A stretch of 38,864 bases of DNA from Candidatus Shapirobacteria bacterium. GTDB lineage: Bacteria; Patescibacteriota; Microgenomatia; UBA12405. The stretch lies in NCBI GenBank assembly GCA_041661765.1, contig JBAZTV010000004.1, positions 1 to 38,864 of the forward strand, given 5' to 3'. How positions within the stretch are numbered: position 1 is the first letter of the stretch; each line of letters begins with the position of its first letter. The position numbers and the translations under genes are program-made. This document shows positions 7,082 to 16,381 of the stretch, piece by piece. The notes under the pieces were generated by a model, which saw nothing but the letters and a program-made list of their open reading frames with translations, had not been told where the DNA came from and searched no databases.

Positions 7082-9130
7082 ATGAATATTTTAACAGGAA
7101 ATGTTACTATAAAAAGGATATGGGAGTTACTTAAAAAAACAGTAACATCCTCAGATCTAGCCAATTATAGCGTTGCAATTGACAGCCAAAACGATAAAGA
7201 TACAAAAAGAATACCTCTTGATGAGTTAAGAATTGCATTAATGAACTCTGGTTTATATGATTACAGGGGCGAATATGACGCATCTGTTAATCTATATCCA
7301 AGTTCTGGAGGTTCAGGAACTGGCGGATTAATTTTAAAGGCTAATATTTGGATTGTTTCAGTTGGTGGGACTATTGATGGGAATGTTATTATTCCTGGTC
7401 AAACTTTACTTGCTAAAATAGACAATCCTGGACAAATATCTGCCAATTGGGCTATTTCTTTGGCTGGTGGAGGCACATCAGAAAAAGAAATAATAAACTG
7501 CTATATTATTGGCAGTACACCATTAGCATCTGATTGGCTAAGCTTAACAGTTGGCGGAGCAACATTAACGCCTGCAACTGAAAAGATATACATAATTCTA
7601 ACAGCTGGGGATTATGCTAATACTCAGTATCGGTGGGATGGAAGTAGTGCTTATGTAAGTGTTGGAGGTGGTACAACTTTTAATTTAGCTACTGCAATCC
7701 ATGCAGCCACAGCAGAAACAGAAATATTAGATGCAGATGAACTTCCATTCTGGAAAGCAGTTGGAACGGCATTAAGGAAAATTACATGGACAAATATCAA
7801 GACCACATTAGGCGCTGGTTTAGCCTTCTTATCTTCTGCAATTACAATCAAGGGTAGTTCTACGGGGAAAACTGCTTTGGCTAGTGCTAATACTAGTGCA
7901 AATGATTATACTGCTACATTTCCTGCTAAGAATATCACCGTTGCTGGATTGGATGATATTACAGGTGGTGGATACGATGCAACAATAGGCACAGGTGGTC
8001 AATATGCAACAATATTGTCAGCACAAACAACATTAGGTCGTGATTGTATTTTAAAGGCAGTCGGTAATATTGCAGACCCAGGAGCATTAACTACAATAGG
8101 GTATAGGATCATTGTTAATCTGAACGGTTATACGATGACGTTCACAAACAATAGGGTTATTGTGACATCAGGCAAGTATCTTGAATGTTATAATGGAACT
8201 ATAACCTTAGATGGAAATCCCGCAAATATTGTTTTTAGTTGTACAAGTATACAAGATTTGTACATGCATGATTTGACGGTTAATTGTGCTCAAACTGCAT
8301 CAAATTGCCCATTCATGTATAACGGTCGTGCTGAAAGATTACTTGGTATCTGTAGCACTAATCAGACGCAAACATTCTTAGCCTCTAACAATACATATGG
8401 TTTTATCGGCTGGGCAAAGAATATAATATTGAAAGTTACAAACGCCTCAGCTGCTATGTGTATAGGTTGCAACGGCTATATAGAAGATATCACTGTAATA
8501 TACGGAAATGTGGCATTATCCACTTCGGGAGTTATTTGGATGTATTCAGCCGCAAGCGGAAAGCCAGTAATAAGAAAGTTGAATAACGCGTCAGGGGTAG
8601 CTATGACCATAATGTGCTACTATGGATTGCTAGAATTAGCAACAGGAACAGACATTACAGTTAAGTTAGCAAATGGTATTATTGGATTTACGGTGAAAGA
8701 TTCCATTTTAAAAGCAATCACAAAACAGGCGAATACCTCAGGTACTTTTAAAGTTATGGGTACATCCGTAGTCGATGCTATTGACTTAACTCAACCAGAC
8801 AGGAACATAGCATTAGATTTGGATAGCAGAAGTTCTTTAGCTTCAAATCTTTCTATTAATAGTTTGTGTAATATAGAAGGTAGTATTGTAGGTTCTTTGG
8901 CTATTACAGGCAATTCCAATCAGGTAAAACCTGGGACAAGAATTGTTGGAATAACAAACATATTAGGAAATTATAATAATGTTCAGGCAGCATTCTTGGA
9001 ATCAGTAATTACATTACTTGCAAATGGTGCTGGTTCGGCGTATAACGATATTAGTCATTGCTACTTAAATGCCAGCTATGTTGACAACAATAGTCCGTCT
9101 ACAAATACATTTACAAACAACAGACCCTGA
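7082..9130 (+). CDS. putative tail fibre / receptor-binding protein (682 aa)
   Basis: Large Gly/Thr/Asn/Ile-rich protein in the tail block. The N-terminal YRGEYDASVNLYPSSGGSGTGGLILKANIWIVSVGGTIDG...NWAI segment resembles fibre N-termini I recall from other phages (unverified). The C-terminal two thirds are compatible with a beta-helix. Confidence 0.45.
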   Translation: MNILTGNVTIKRIWELLKKTVTSSDLANYSVAIDSQNDKDTKRIPLDELRIALMNSGLYDYRGEYDASVNLYPSSGGSGTGGLILKANIWIVSVGGTIDGNVIIPGQTLLAKIDNPGQISANWAISLAGGGTSEKEIINCYIIGSTPLASDWLSLTVGGATLTPATEKIYIILTAGDYANTQYRWDGSSAYVSVGGGTTFNLATAIHAATAETEILDADELPFWKAVGTALRKITWTNIKTTLGAGLAFLSSAITIKGSSTGKTALASANTSANDYTATFPAKNITVAGLDDITGGGYDATIGTGGQYATILSAQTTLGRDCILKAVGNIADPGALTTIGYRIIVNLNGYTMTFTNNRVIVTSGKYLECYNGTITLDGNPANIVFSCTSIQDLYMHDLTVNCAQTASNCPFMYNGRAERLLGICSTNQTQTFLASNNTYGFIGWAKNIILKVTNASAAMCIGCNGYIEDITVIYGNVALSTSGVIWMYSAASGKPVIRKLNNASGVAMTIMCYYGLLELATGTDITVKLANGIIGFTVKDSILKAITKQANTSGTFKVMGTSVVDAIDLTQPDRNIALDLDSRSSLASNLSINSLCNIEGSIVGSLAITGNSNQVKPGTRIVGITNILGNYNNVQAAFLESVITLLANGAGSAYNDISHCYLNASYVDNNSPSTNTFTNNRP

Positions 9131-10473
9131 TGGAATTATATAAATATAGTTGGTATAGAGGTAGTGTTGATATTGCAGACAAAAGGTTTATGGGCGTGGT
9201 GTGGAATCACCAACTTAATTCATGGACAATACTGGCCAACACTTATAATTTTCCAGGTCAAGGAGCAATATCGCCTTGGTTGTATCTTACATCGGATTTT
9301 GAAAACTTCACAGATTATCAGGCTACACCATTCTTTTGGGACGGCAATAGTTACTGCTCTCCTGTTCATTTAATTTTTGATGCAGATATTTCAAAATGGA
9401 TATTAGTTTATTTTGGGCCACATGGAAGTGGTGGAGAAAGCATTGCAATTGCAACCGGAAATGATATTAACAGCTTAACTAATATTCATACGGATTATGT
9501 TTTAAAGCCAAACGTTTCGCCAGCCCCAACAGGTTCTGTATCTTTATTTCCGGGTGGTTTCATAAAGGTCGGTTCAACTTATTGGATGGTTGTAGACATT
9601 ACTTACACTTCTACAACTAGAGTATATGAAAAGAGATTATATAGTTCTACTGACCTAATCAATTGGACATTTGACAGTATATTCATCCCACCTATTACTT
9701 TGGATTGGGATGATTCCAGCAGGTATAATGGTAATTGGATATACGCAGATGGGTTTTATTATTATTTTTATGGTGGAAATCGTGGTGGCTACTCCCTAGA
9801 TAGAAAGATAGGCTACGCAATGTGTGCAACAATTAACGGCACCTATAAGAAAATGGGAATGATTTTAGATCCTCCTTTGGAGGCAAAAAACCCTGTAATA
9901 TTTTATAATCCTTTTACTGAAAAACACGAATTATTTTTTAATGAGATAACTGAGTTTCAGGGGCAATGGAACTCCAGAAAAGCACTAACTTATACAAATA
10001 TGGGACAAGACAAAGAAATCAATAATAAACAGCAAACACTAGGTTTGTACAACTATCAAAGTTCAACGCCTGGGGATGCTGTAGGTGATACAAGAAAAGG
10101 TACTATTAACGGATGGTTTCAGGAAGAAACTTGTACAAACGCACATGCCACAAAGGGGGATGGAACGTGGGTTGTGACTGAAGCAAAGAAGACAATATCA
10201 TTGATTGATTCAAACGTGTTAGAGGGCGCGGGAAGTTATGTTGACTTGCCCGCCGGAAAATCAGGAATCGGGCAGATTCAATTAGGAACTGAAAGAACTT
10301 GGTTTGATTTCACCGTTGACGGCGTTGTAACATTGATTAACAATTCTGCAAATGTTTCAACCAGTTCTGAAGATGCAAAGCTTATAGTTAGGGATGCTGG
10401 CACAAACGTAAGGATAGTAAACGAACTTGGTTCTACGTTAATTGCAACAATTATAATTAATTATACATTGTGA
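9130..10473 (+). CDS. putative tail-associated beta-propeller-like protein, possible glycosidase/depolymerase (447 aa)
   Basis: Coupled to the fibre gene by a TGATG overlap. Blade-like motifs recur (LTSDFENFT, SSTDLINWT, WMVVD, FYYYFYGG), reminiscent of GH43/GH32/GH130-type five-bladed propellers. By-eye impression only. Confidence 0.3.
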   Translation: MELYKYSWYRGSVDIADKRFMGVVWNHQLNSWTILANTYNFPGQGAISPWLYLTSDFENFTDYQATPFFWDGNSYCSPVHLIFDADISKWILVYFGPHGSGGESIAIATGNDINSLTNIHTDYVLKPNVSPAPTGSVSLFPGGFIKVGSTYWMVVDITYTSTTRVYEKRLYSSTDLINWTFDSIFIPPITLDWDDSSRYNGNWIYADGFYYYFYGGNRGGYSLDRKIGYAMCATINGTYKKMGMILDPPLEAKNPVIFYNPFTEKHELFFNEITEFQGQWNSRKALTYTNMGQDKEINNKQQTLGLYNYQSSTPGDAVGDTRKGTINGWFQEETCTNAHATKGDGTWVVTEAKKTISLIDSNVLEGAGSYVDLPAGKSGIGQIQLGTERTWFDFTVDGVVTLINNSANVSTSSEDAKLIVRDAGTNVRIVNELGSTLIATIIINYTL

Positions 10474-10483
10474 TACAAAAGAC

Positions 10484-10954
10484 ATGGAAATTGTTAAAGC
10501 TATAATTAATGAGGTTGAAAAATTCAACGAATCAATCAAAGATGCTTTGGATTCAAAGAATATTTCAAATACCGGAGAGGCCGCAAGATCATTGTATATT
10601 GATTGGGGCGAAAACTGGGTGAAATCTATTGGTATTTTTTACTTGGAGTTTTTGGATACCGGCAGAGGGACTGGGAAAATGCCTCCAATAGCTCCACTAA
10701 TTAGATGGGCGCAAAGCAAATTTGGAGTTGATGAGGTTGAGGCAAAATCAATTGCCTTTGCAGTTGCCAAGAAAATAGCTTATTTAGGGACAGAAATTTT
10801 CATGAATAAAGGGCAAGGCATTGAACTTGCAAAAAAAATAATAACTTTGAGGGAAAATTTAAATGATGTTGTAAAGGAATCTGCTAAATTTCAAATCAAA
10901 GAAAAATTGAATGAATTTAAATTAAAGTTTACAAAATTAAAATTTGGATTATAA
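10484..10954 (+). CDS. hypothetical virion-module protein (156 aa)
   Basis: Long ORF in a co-directional block. Confidence 0.75.
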   Translation: MEIVKAIINEVEKFNESIKDALDSKNISNTGEAARSLYIDWGENWVKSIGIFYLEFLDTGRGTGKMPPIAPLIRWAQSKFGVDEVEAKSIAFAVAKKIAYLGTEIFMNKGQGIELAKKIITLRENLNDVVKESAKFQIKEKLNEFKLKFTKLKFGL

Positions 10955-10994
10955 TTTTTATGTATACATATTTATTAATTTAACACTTAAAAAA

Positions 10995-11372
10995 ATGGCA
11001 TTTTCACCACAATTAACAAAAATTAGCGTAAACGCTTCTAAAGTACCTTCTGGAATAACAGACCCAGGAGGCGCAAACCTGGCAAGTTCACAGCCAACAT
11101 ATCAGAATTTAAGGCTTTCAATCCTGAGAGCAACTGTTCAAAATGCAAGTAAGGCTACAACCTTCAATCAAATTAGAACAGATGCAGCAATAGGAATTGA
11201 AAAGCAAATTGCTGATAAATTGGCGGCTGAAATGGATGATACGACCTTAACGATCACTTATAATATTGATTGGAAGGACATCCAGAACAATAGGACTTTC
11301 AATGCAGATTTCTATGGTACTGGAGTTGAAGTATACTATGCTATTGTAGACGTATACGTAAACATTTCTTAA
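10995..11372 (+). CDS. hypothetical virion-module protein (125 aa from ATG 10995)
   Basis: In frame with track ORF 10944..11372. The hydrophobic, low-complexity track N-terminus is unlikely to be coding. Confidence 0.7.
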   Translation: MAFSPQLTKISVNASKVPSGITDPGGANLASSQPTYQNLRLSILRATVQNASKATTFNQIRTDAAIGIEKQIADKLAAEMDDTTLTITYNIDWKDIQNNRTFNADFYGTGVEVYYAIVDVYVNIS

Positions 11373-12343
11373 TGCCAGTAACATTAACTAAATATCCCGT
11401 TACAATTTCATCCGGCAAAGTGCGCAATATCTTTGCCGGGTTTAATCCTGTTGAACTTGAATTTAAGCGGGAGGATATTGCTATTATAGATGTAAGTCAG
11501 GGACTAGATGATAAGATTCTTATTTCTATTTCCGGAGATATCACAGCCAATCTAACAATTGGAGAATATATATACCTTTATTCTGTTGGCACATCATATG
11601 TTTATGATGGGAGTTTTCAAATAATAGATTTAGATTATTCCAACCCAAATACTGAAATCACAGTGGATGGTGATTTTATAGAGGTATCAACCGGAGGATA
11701 TTGTAATTATAAGCAAAACTGGTATCTTGAAGCTAAATTGGTAGATCCGGATAACAACAATATTAAGGTGTATCCACAGATTTTACAAAATGATGGGAAC
11801 CCAAACGGCATGGTTGAAATAAATACTTCAATGCTCGTGGACTTACTTAAAAACGAAATCAAAGAAACAAGCCAGCAAATTTACAACGCTCGAAAATCTT
11901 GTCAAGTAATGTATAGAGAGGTTTATAGGGAGGATGACAACGACATTTTTACACTTGTGAATCAAACACCTATAATCATTATATTTGCAGCCGAAAATAA
12001 AGAAATAGAAGACTTTATTTGCGGTTTTGACACTCCAAGGATTTATGCAGGGTATCCATTTTGGATTAATTTGCTTCATTCATTATTCAATTATAGTGGA
12101 ATGAGGGCAAAGATGCTATTTGATGAATTGGACATAAACGAAAATTCAATAACAACAAATAACCTACTCATTAACTTTAATGCCTCTGATTTTGGAATAT
12201 TACAGGCAAATTTCAATGACAACACAAAAGAAATAGAACAAAATACAAAGTTCATTCGATTTGGCGCCAATAGTTCAGGAAGTGCAGATTATGCAACTGG
12301 AGATTATAACGACACAGATTACTTAACAATAAATACACCATGA
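11372..12343 (+). CDS. hypothetical virion-module protein (323 aa)
   Basis: TAATG coupling to the upstream gene; long ORF. Confidence 0.8.
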   Translation: MPVTLTKYPVTISSGKVRNIFAGFNPVELEFKREDIAIIDVSQGLDDKILISISGDITANLTIGEYIYLYSVGTSYVYDGSFQIIDLDYSNPNTEITVDGDFIEVSTGGYCNYKQNWYLEAKLVDPDNNNIKVYPQILQNDGNPNGMVEINTSMLVDLLKNEIKETSQQIYNARKSCQVMYREVYREDDNDIFTLVNQTPIIIIFAAENKEIEDFICGFDTPRIYAGYPFWINLLHSLFNYSGMRAKMLFDELDINENSITTNNLLINFNASDFGILQANFNDNTKEIEQNTKFIRFGANSSGSADYATGDYNDTDYLTINTP

Positions 12344-12507
12344 TGGAAATTAGCAAAATAGAATGTACTTTTAGATATAAAATAATTAAGAAATTTCCTT
12401 TTTTATCAAGTCTTTTTAGAAGTAATTCAATTGTCGCAAAGGCTTATGATAAGGAAAATAAACTACTTTTTGATATTAAAATTAAAGACTTAATAAAATG
12501 GCTATAA
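12343..12507 (+). CDS. small hypothetical protein (54 aa), below the ORF-track cutoff
   Basis: ATG overlaps the upstream TGA (TGATG). The ORF MEISKIECTFRYKIIKKFPFLSSLFRSNSIVAKAYDKENKLLFDIKIKDLIKWL fills the gap exactly and overlaps the next ATG (12498). Confidence 0.4.
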   Translation: MEISKIECTFRYKIIKKFPFLSSLFRSNSIVAKAYDKENKLLFDIKIKDLIKWL

Positions 12508-13250
12508 ACAATAGAGCAGAGGCAATAATTGTGGCTGAAGCTGCATTAGTACCTACCTTGACGCTTGTACAGCATAAGGCGATGTTGAATGACAATATTC
12601 TTAACAGCGTCAAGTTTGATAAGGATGTGATTGCGTCTCAAACGCCAACAGCGGGAGCCGTTACAATTGACTACGCTACAAAAGACATGGCAACGGTTAC
12701 AACAGCAGTTGACTTGGCTGTTTCATTTACCAATTTGGAAAATGGAGCTGTAAAATATTTAGAAATTACAAAGGCGGCTGCAAATGTAATTAGTTTTATT
12801 GGTGTTGTGGATGCGATTCAAGATAAGAACTATATAAACACAATATTAACATCGGTATGCTTTAGGGTATCAAATAAAAACGGGATTATTTATGTTGAAG
12901 GAATAATTTCAATTGGTGAAGATTCATGGCAAGCTCTGACAATATCGGGATGGGAGATTAACCAACCTATTAAATATAGATTGAATTCAATGGGAAACGT
13001 TGAATTTAAGGGTGAGCTTGGCGATATCCCTTCAAATTTTGGGTATGTAGTGGCTACGTTACCGCTGAATTATAGACCTTCATACAGGGTTGTAATTCCA
13101 CTTAAAGGTTATGGTCAAGTATCAGGAGTTAATGCATACCCAGGGTATACTATTATTATATCAACAAATGGGGATATTATGTTTTTTGCTGACTCTGGTG
13201 CAACAATTACAGGCGGGTACATTAACCTCAATTTTACAATGATTTTATAA
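12498..13250 (+). CDS. hypothetical tail protein, possibly a receptor-binding head domain (250 aa)
   Basis: Long ORF. The C-terminal G.V.F.G...LP..YRP...G.I pattern resembles fibre-tip domains. Weak. Confidence 0.35.
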   Translation: MAINNRAEAIIVAEAALVPTLTLVQHKAMLNDNILNSVKFDKDVIASQTPTAGAVTIDYATKDMATVTTAVDLAVSFTNLENGAVKYLEITKAAANVISFIGVVDAIQDKNYINTILTSVCFRVSNKNGIIYVEGIISIGEDSWQALTISGWEINQPIKYRLNSMGNVEFKGELGDIPSNFGYVVATLPLNYRPSYRVVIPLKGYGQVSGVNAYPGYTIIISTNGDIMFFADSGATITGGYINLNFTMIL

Positions 13251-13582
13251 TGAACAAATTCCACGCAAAAAAAACTATAATTGGAGATCTCAAATTTGAT
13301 TCCAAAAAAGAAGCAGATTATTATTGCCTTTTAGAACTACAAAGAAGGGCAAAAAATGAAGCTGATAGGGTAGTTGAAATTGAATTACAACCAAGGTTTG
13401 ACATGATTGTAAACGGTATTGATTGCGGGTTTTACAAAGCTGATTTCGGTGTAACTTATGCCAATGGAATTAAGAAAATTATTGATGTTAAGGGATTAAA
13501 ACAGGGTTCAGCCTATCAAATATTTAGGCTTAAAAAGAAAATTGTTGAAGCCATATTTAAAATTGAAATAATCGAAGTATGA
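13250..13582 (+). CDS. DUF1064 (PF06356) family protein, PD-(D/E)XK-like nuclease
   Basis: KFHAKKTIIGDLKFDSKKEADYYCLLE, IELQPRFD, YKADF and IIDVKG reproduce the conserved DUF1064 blocks (KYNAKK...FDSK.E..YY..L, IE.QP.F.L, Y.PDF, ViDVKG). Confidence 0.75.
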   Translation: MNKFHAKKTIIGDLKFDSKKEADYYCLLELQRRAKNEADRVVEIELQPRFDMIVNGIDCGFYKADFGVTYANGIKKIIDVKGLKQGSAYQIFRLKKKIVEAIFKIEIIEV

Positions 13583-14007
13583 CATTAATAGCCTCAAAAT
13601 TATGTAAATACATAGTGCCCGACAGCTTCACTAATCCTAATGCAGAGGCTTATGAGTATTATTTGGTTTGGATTGGTGTCGATGGAGGTGTTTATAGTTG
13701 GCTATTTGAAGACTATACTCTAAATAAAGATATTTCGGGCGAAATAGTAAATAAAAAATCTGAAAATATTACAAATCTATTCAAAGAATCTAATCGAACG
13801 ATTAAACTAGTAGCAGAGGACTTAACCGAAAACGAGTTTGATGTTATTTCAGACATTACGCGCGCTATAGTTATAAGGAGATATTTCAAGGATGGAAGCT
13901 ATAAAAGCCTTGCAATTTCTACAAATACAGTTGAAAAGCCTAAATCTCAATTTAGATATAATTTTGAAATTGAGGTTCAGGAGGTTGAAGATAAATTGAT
14001 GAGATAA
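13579..14007 (+). CDS. hypothetical protein (142 aa)
   Basis: ATGA overlap with the upstream gene; long ORF. Confidence 0.75.
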   Translation: MTLIASKLCKYIVPDSFTNPNAEAYEYYLVWIGVDGGVYSWLFEDYTLNKDISGEIVNKKSENITNLFKESNRTIKLVAEDLTENEFDVISDITRAIVIRRYFKDGSYKSLAISTNTVEKPKSQFRYNFEIEVQEVEDKLMR

Positions 14008-14237
14008 TGGAAAGCTTAAAAGATAATATCATTTTTAATATTTTTGAGTACCTGGAAACTGGTGATTTGATGTTTGCTAATAAGGCAAAAGAATATCTTA
14101 ATGAATTGGCGGGAAAGTATCACATCTCACTAAGGAAATCAAACCAAAAAGCAGACTTAAAAGTAATGTTTAAGAAATTCATTCTCAACAAAGAAGGTTA
14201 TTCACAGATATTGCCAATGCTTTATAATTCAATCTAA
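14007..14237 (+). CDS. hypothetical protein (76 aa)
   Basis: TAATG coupling on both sides. Confidence 0.65.
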   Translation: MESLKDNIIFNIFEYLETGDLMFANKAKEYLNELAGKYHISLRKSNQKADLKVMFKKFILNKEGYSQILPMLYNSI

Positions 14238-15961
14238 TGGCTGTTTTAACTATAGATAATTATGAAATTGAACTTGGAAACAGTAGACTTGTGTTCTCAA
14301 AGTCTGGATATTCCTTTGAAGACTGGCTAACAAAAGATATAACTTATAGTGAAAGAATAACTTTGCCAGAATCAGGATTGTTAAATCAAATATTTTTCAG
14401 GCCATTTTCTTCAGAAATTACAGGCAAAAAGTTTTCAAAGTTTCACAATTTTAAATATAAGGATAACGGAAAGATAGTCTTTTCTGGAATTTGCAAACTT
14501 CTAAAATTTAATGAAAACAGGCAATACGAAATACAACTACTAGATTCATCGTTTGAATTATTCGAAAACCTAAATGGAAAATTAAATAAATTAGATTTAG
14601 AAAGCTTTGATTTTGTGTTTAATTCAACTGCTTATAATACTCTAAAGGTAATTAATTCAGGTGTTTGGATATGGCCTGCAAGTTCAACACATCAGGAAAA
14701 AATACTTGCAAACAATATTTTATCAGGCAATTTGGCATATTCCAGACCGTTCTTTTCGGCTAAAAGGCTAATTGAAAAGATGTTTAGTGTCAATGGCTGG
14801 TCTTATGAATTAGAATCTAATACAAGTTTGTTCGACAAAATAATCATATCTACAAAAGATAAGTTTTGTTTTACTTCTTTTGAAAAATCATTTACAGGAA
14901 CTTTGACCGCTTCCAGTTTCAATTTGGCCAGCCCTGTATTTCTTAAAACAGATACCTTAACCGGGAATTATGCACTTAATTTGACATACAAAAGCAAGAT
15001 AAGGATAAGAGGTTACGCCAATGCTGAAAATGACATGTTATTGACCATTACAGGCACGGGCGCAAAGCCCCAAACTCAAACATTTTTTCTCAACAAGGGA
15101 TTAATTGACTATGATATTACATCCAACGATTTTCAAGCGGGAACAGCAATAACAATATCATTTTCAGGGACTGGAAATCTTGTTTTAGAAAACTTCCTAA
15201 TCTATACCCTGATAGATGAAAATAATTTTGGGGCCATGTCAAGCGCCATTTTTATAGACTTTAAAGTAAAAACCTATGATAATATACCAGGAATTGACCA
15301 AAAAGATCTGTTTAAACATTGTCTGGTTAAAATCGGGGGGTATTTTTCAACAAATAATTTCAACAAGAAATTAACAATTAACTCCGTAAAATCATTGTCA
15401 AAATTAAACGCAATTGATTGGAGCGAAAAGTTTATAGAGGAGTCTGAAAACATTATTCCACTTGATGGTTATGGTAAAGTTAATTATTTTTCTTATGATA
15501 ATTCAAAAGATAGTCCTGATAATTTAGGCCGTGGAACTTTTGAAATAGACAATGAAACTTTACAGGAATCAAAAGACGTATATAAATCAATATTCGCAGC
15601 CAGTGCAGAGGTTACGATCACCGATAAAATGATTGATAATTCCATGTATGATGATACTGAAAGAGTTAATGAAATCAATACTTTGATAGGTTATTATGAA
15701 GAAATTGGAGCTTATACCGTTGCTAGGTTTGAGAATTTAAACGGTAATAATCTACTATCAAATTATTATTCTAATTTCGTAAAAGCTATTCAAAGGGGTG
15801 AAATCATAGAATGTAAAGTAAACTTAAATAAATCAGATTTCTTTTTATTCGATTTCACCAAATTAGTATATATAAAGCAAAAGAAATCAATATATTATGT
15901 TTTAAATATTGGAAATTATATTGAAAATGAATTAACTGATATCAGACTTTTAAAATCCTGA
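14237..15961 (+). CDS. hypothetical large tail/baseplate-region protein (574 aa)
   Basis: Long ORF in the tail block; no motif recognised. Confidence 0.8.
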   Translation: MAVLTIDNYEIELGNSRLVFSKSGYSFEDWLTKDITYSERITLPESGLLNQIFFRPFSSEITGKKFSKFHNFKYKDNGKIVFSGICKLLKFNENRQYEIQLLDSSFELFENLNGKLNKLDLESFDFVFNSTAYNTLKVINSGVWIWPASSTHQEKILANNILSGNLAYSRPFFSAKRLIEKMFSVNGWSYELESNTSLFDKIIISTKDKFCFTSFEKSFTGTLTASSFNLASPVFLKTDTLTGNYALNLTYKSKIRIRGYANAENDMLLTITGTGAKPQTQTFFLNKGLIDYDITSNDFQAGTAITISFSGTGNLVLENFLIYTLIDENNFGAMSSAIFIDFKVKTYDNIPGIDQKDLFKHCLVKIGGYFSTNNFNKKLTINSVKSLSKLNAIDWSEKFIEESENIIPLDGYGKVNYFSYDNSKDSPDNLGRGTFEIDNETLQESKDVYKSIFAASAEVTITDKMIDNSMYDDTERVNEINTLIGYYEEIGAYTVARFENLNGNNLLSNYYSNFVKAIQRGEIIECKVNLNKSDFFLFDFTKLVYIKQKKSIYYVLNIGNYIENELTDIRLLKS

Positions 15962-15963
15962 GC

Positions 15964-16272
15964 ATGGAAGAAATTAACGAAATTGAACACGAAAAGATAA
16001 GACTAAAAATTGAAGGTTTAAAGGCATCTCAGGAAGCAAGTACCTATCTTATTGACATAGCACTTAAAGACTTAAAGCAGGATGTATCAGCTATACTAGA
16101 ACAAACTACGAAAACTAATGGTCGCGTAACACAATTGGAATCTGATTATCTTGTAATTAGAACATTAAGAAAAAATAAATGGTTGCTCCTTTTGCTTTCG
16201 ATTGGAGTGTTCAAAGTTTATGAATTGATTGATTTACAATGGATTTATAACAAATTAATAACTTTATTTTAA
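15964..16272 (+). CDS. hypothetical coiled-coil protein with C-terminal transmembrane segment (102 aa)
   Basis: The N-terminal heptad-like region is followed by KWLLLLLSIGVFKVY. Confidence 0.65.
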   Translation: MEEINEIEHEKIRLKIEGLKASQEASTYLIDIALKDLKQDVSAILEQTTKTNGRVTQLESDYLVIRTLRKNKWLLLLLSIGVFKVYELIDLQWIYNKLITLF

Positions 16273-16273
16273 A

Positions 16274-16381
16274 ATGGACAAATTAATCGAACTTATGCAG
16301 GCTGCGATTTTTGTTGCTGGAACCGTCGCACTTATTGTAGTGATTGTTTGGATTAAGGAATCTTTCAAAAAAAGAAAATAA
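16274..16381 (+). CDS. small single-pass membrane protein (35 aa), below the ORF-track cutoff
   Basis: MDKLIELMQAAIFVAGTVALIVVIVWIKESFKKRK. It starts 1 nt after the upstream stop, and its stop abuts ATG 16382. Confidence 0.5.
   Translation: MDKLIELMQAAIFVAGTVALIVVIVWIKESFKKRK

Noticed and set aside
15794-15806. Third occurrence of GGGTGAAATCA (the tail of the conserved hairpin element) inside the 574-aa gene
   Set aside because: No adjacent hairpin or conserved loop sequence. It is an isolated 11-12-mer within coding sequence and most likely coincidental.
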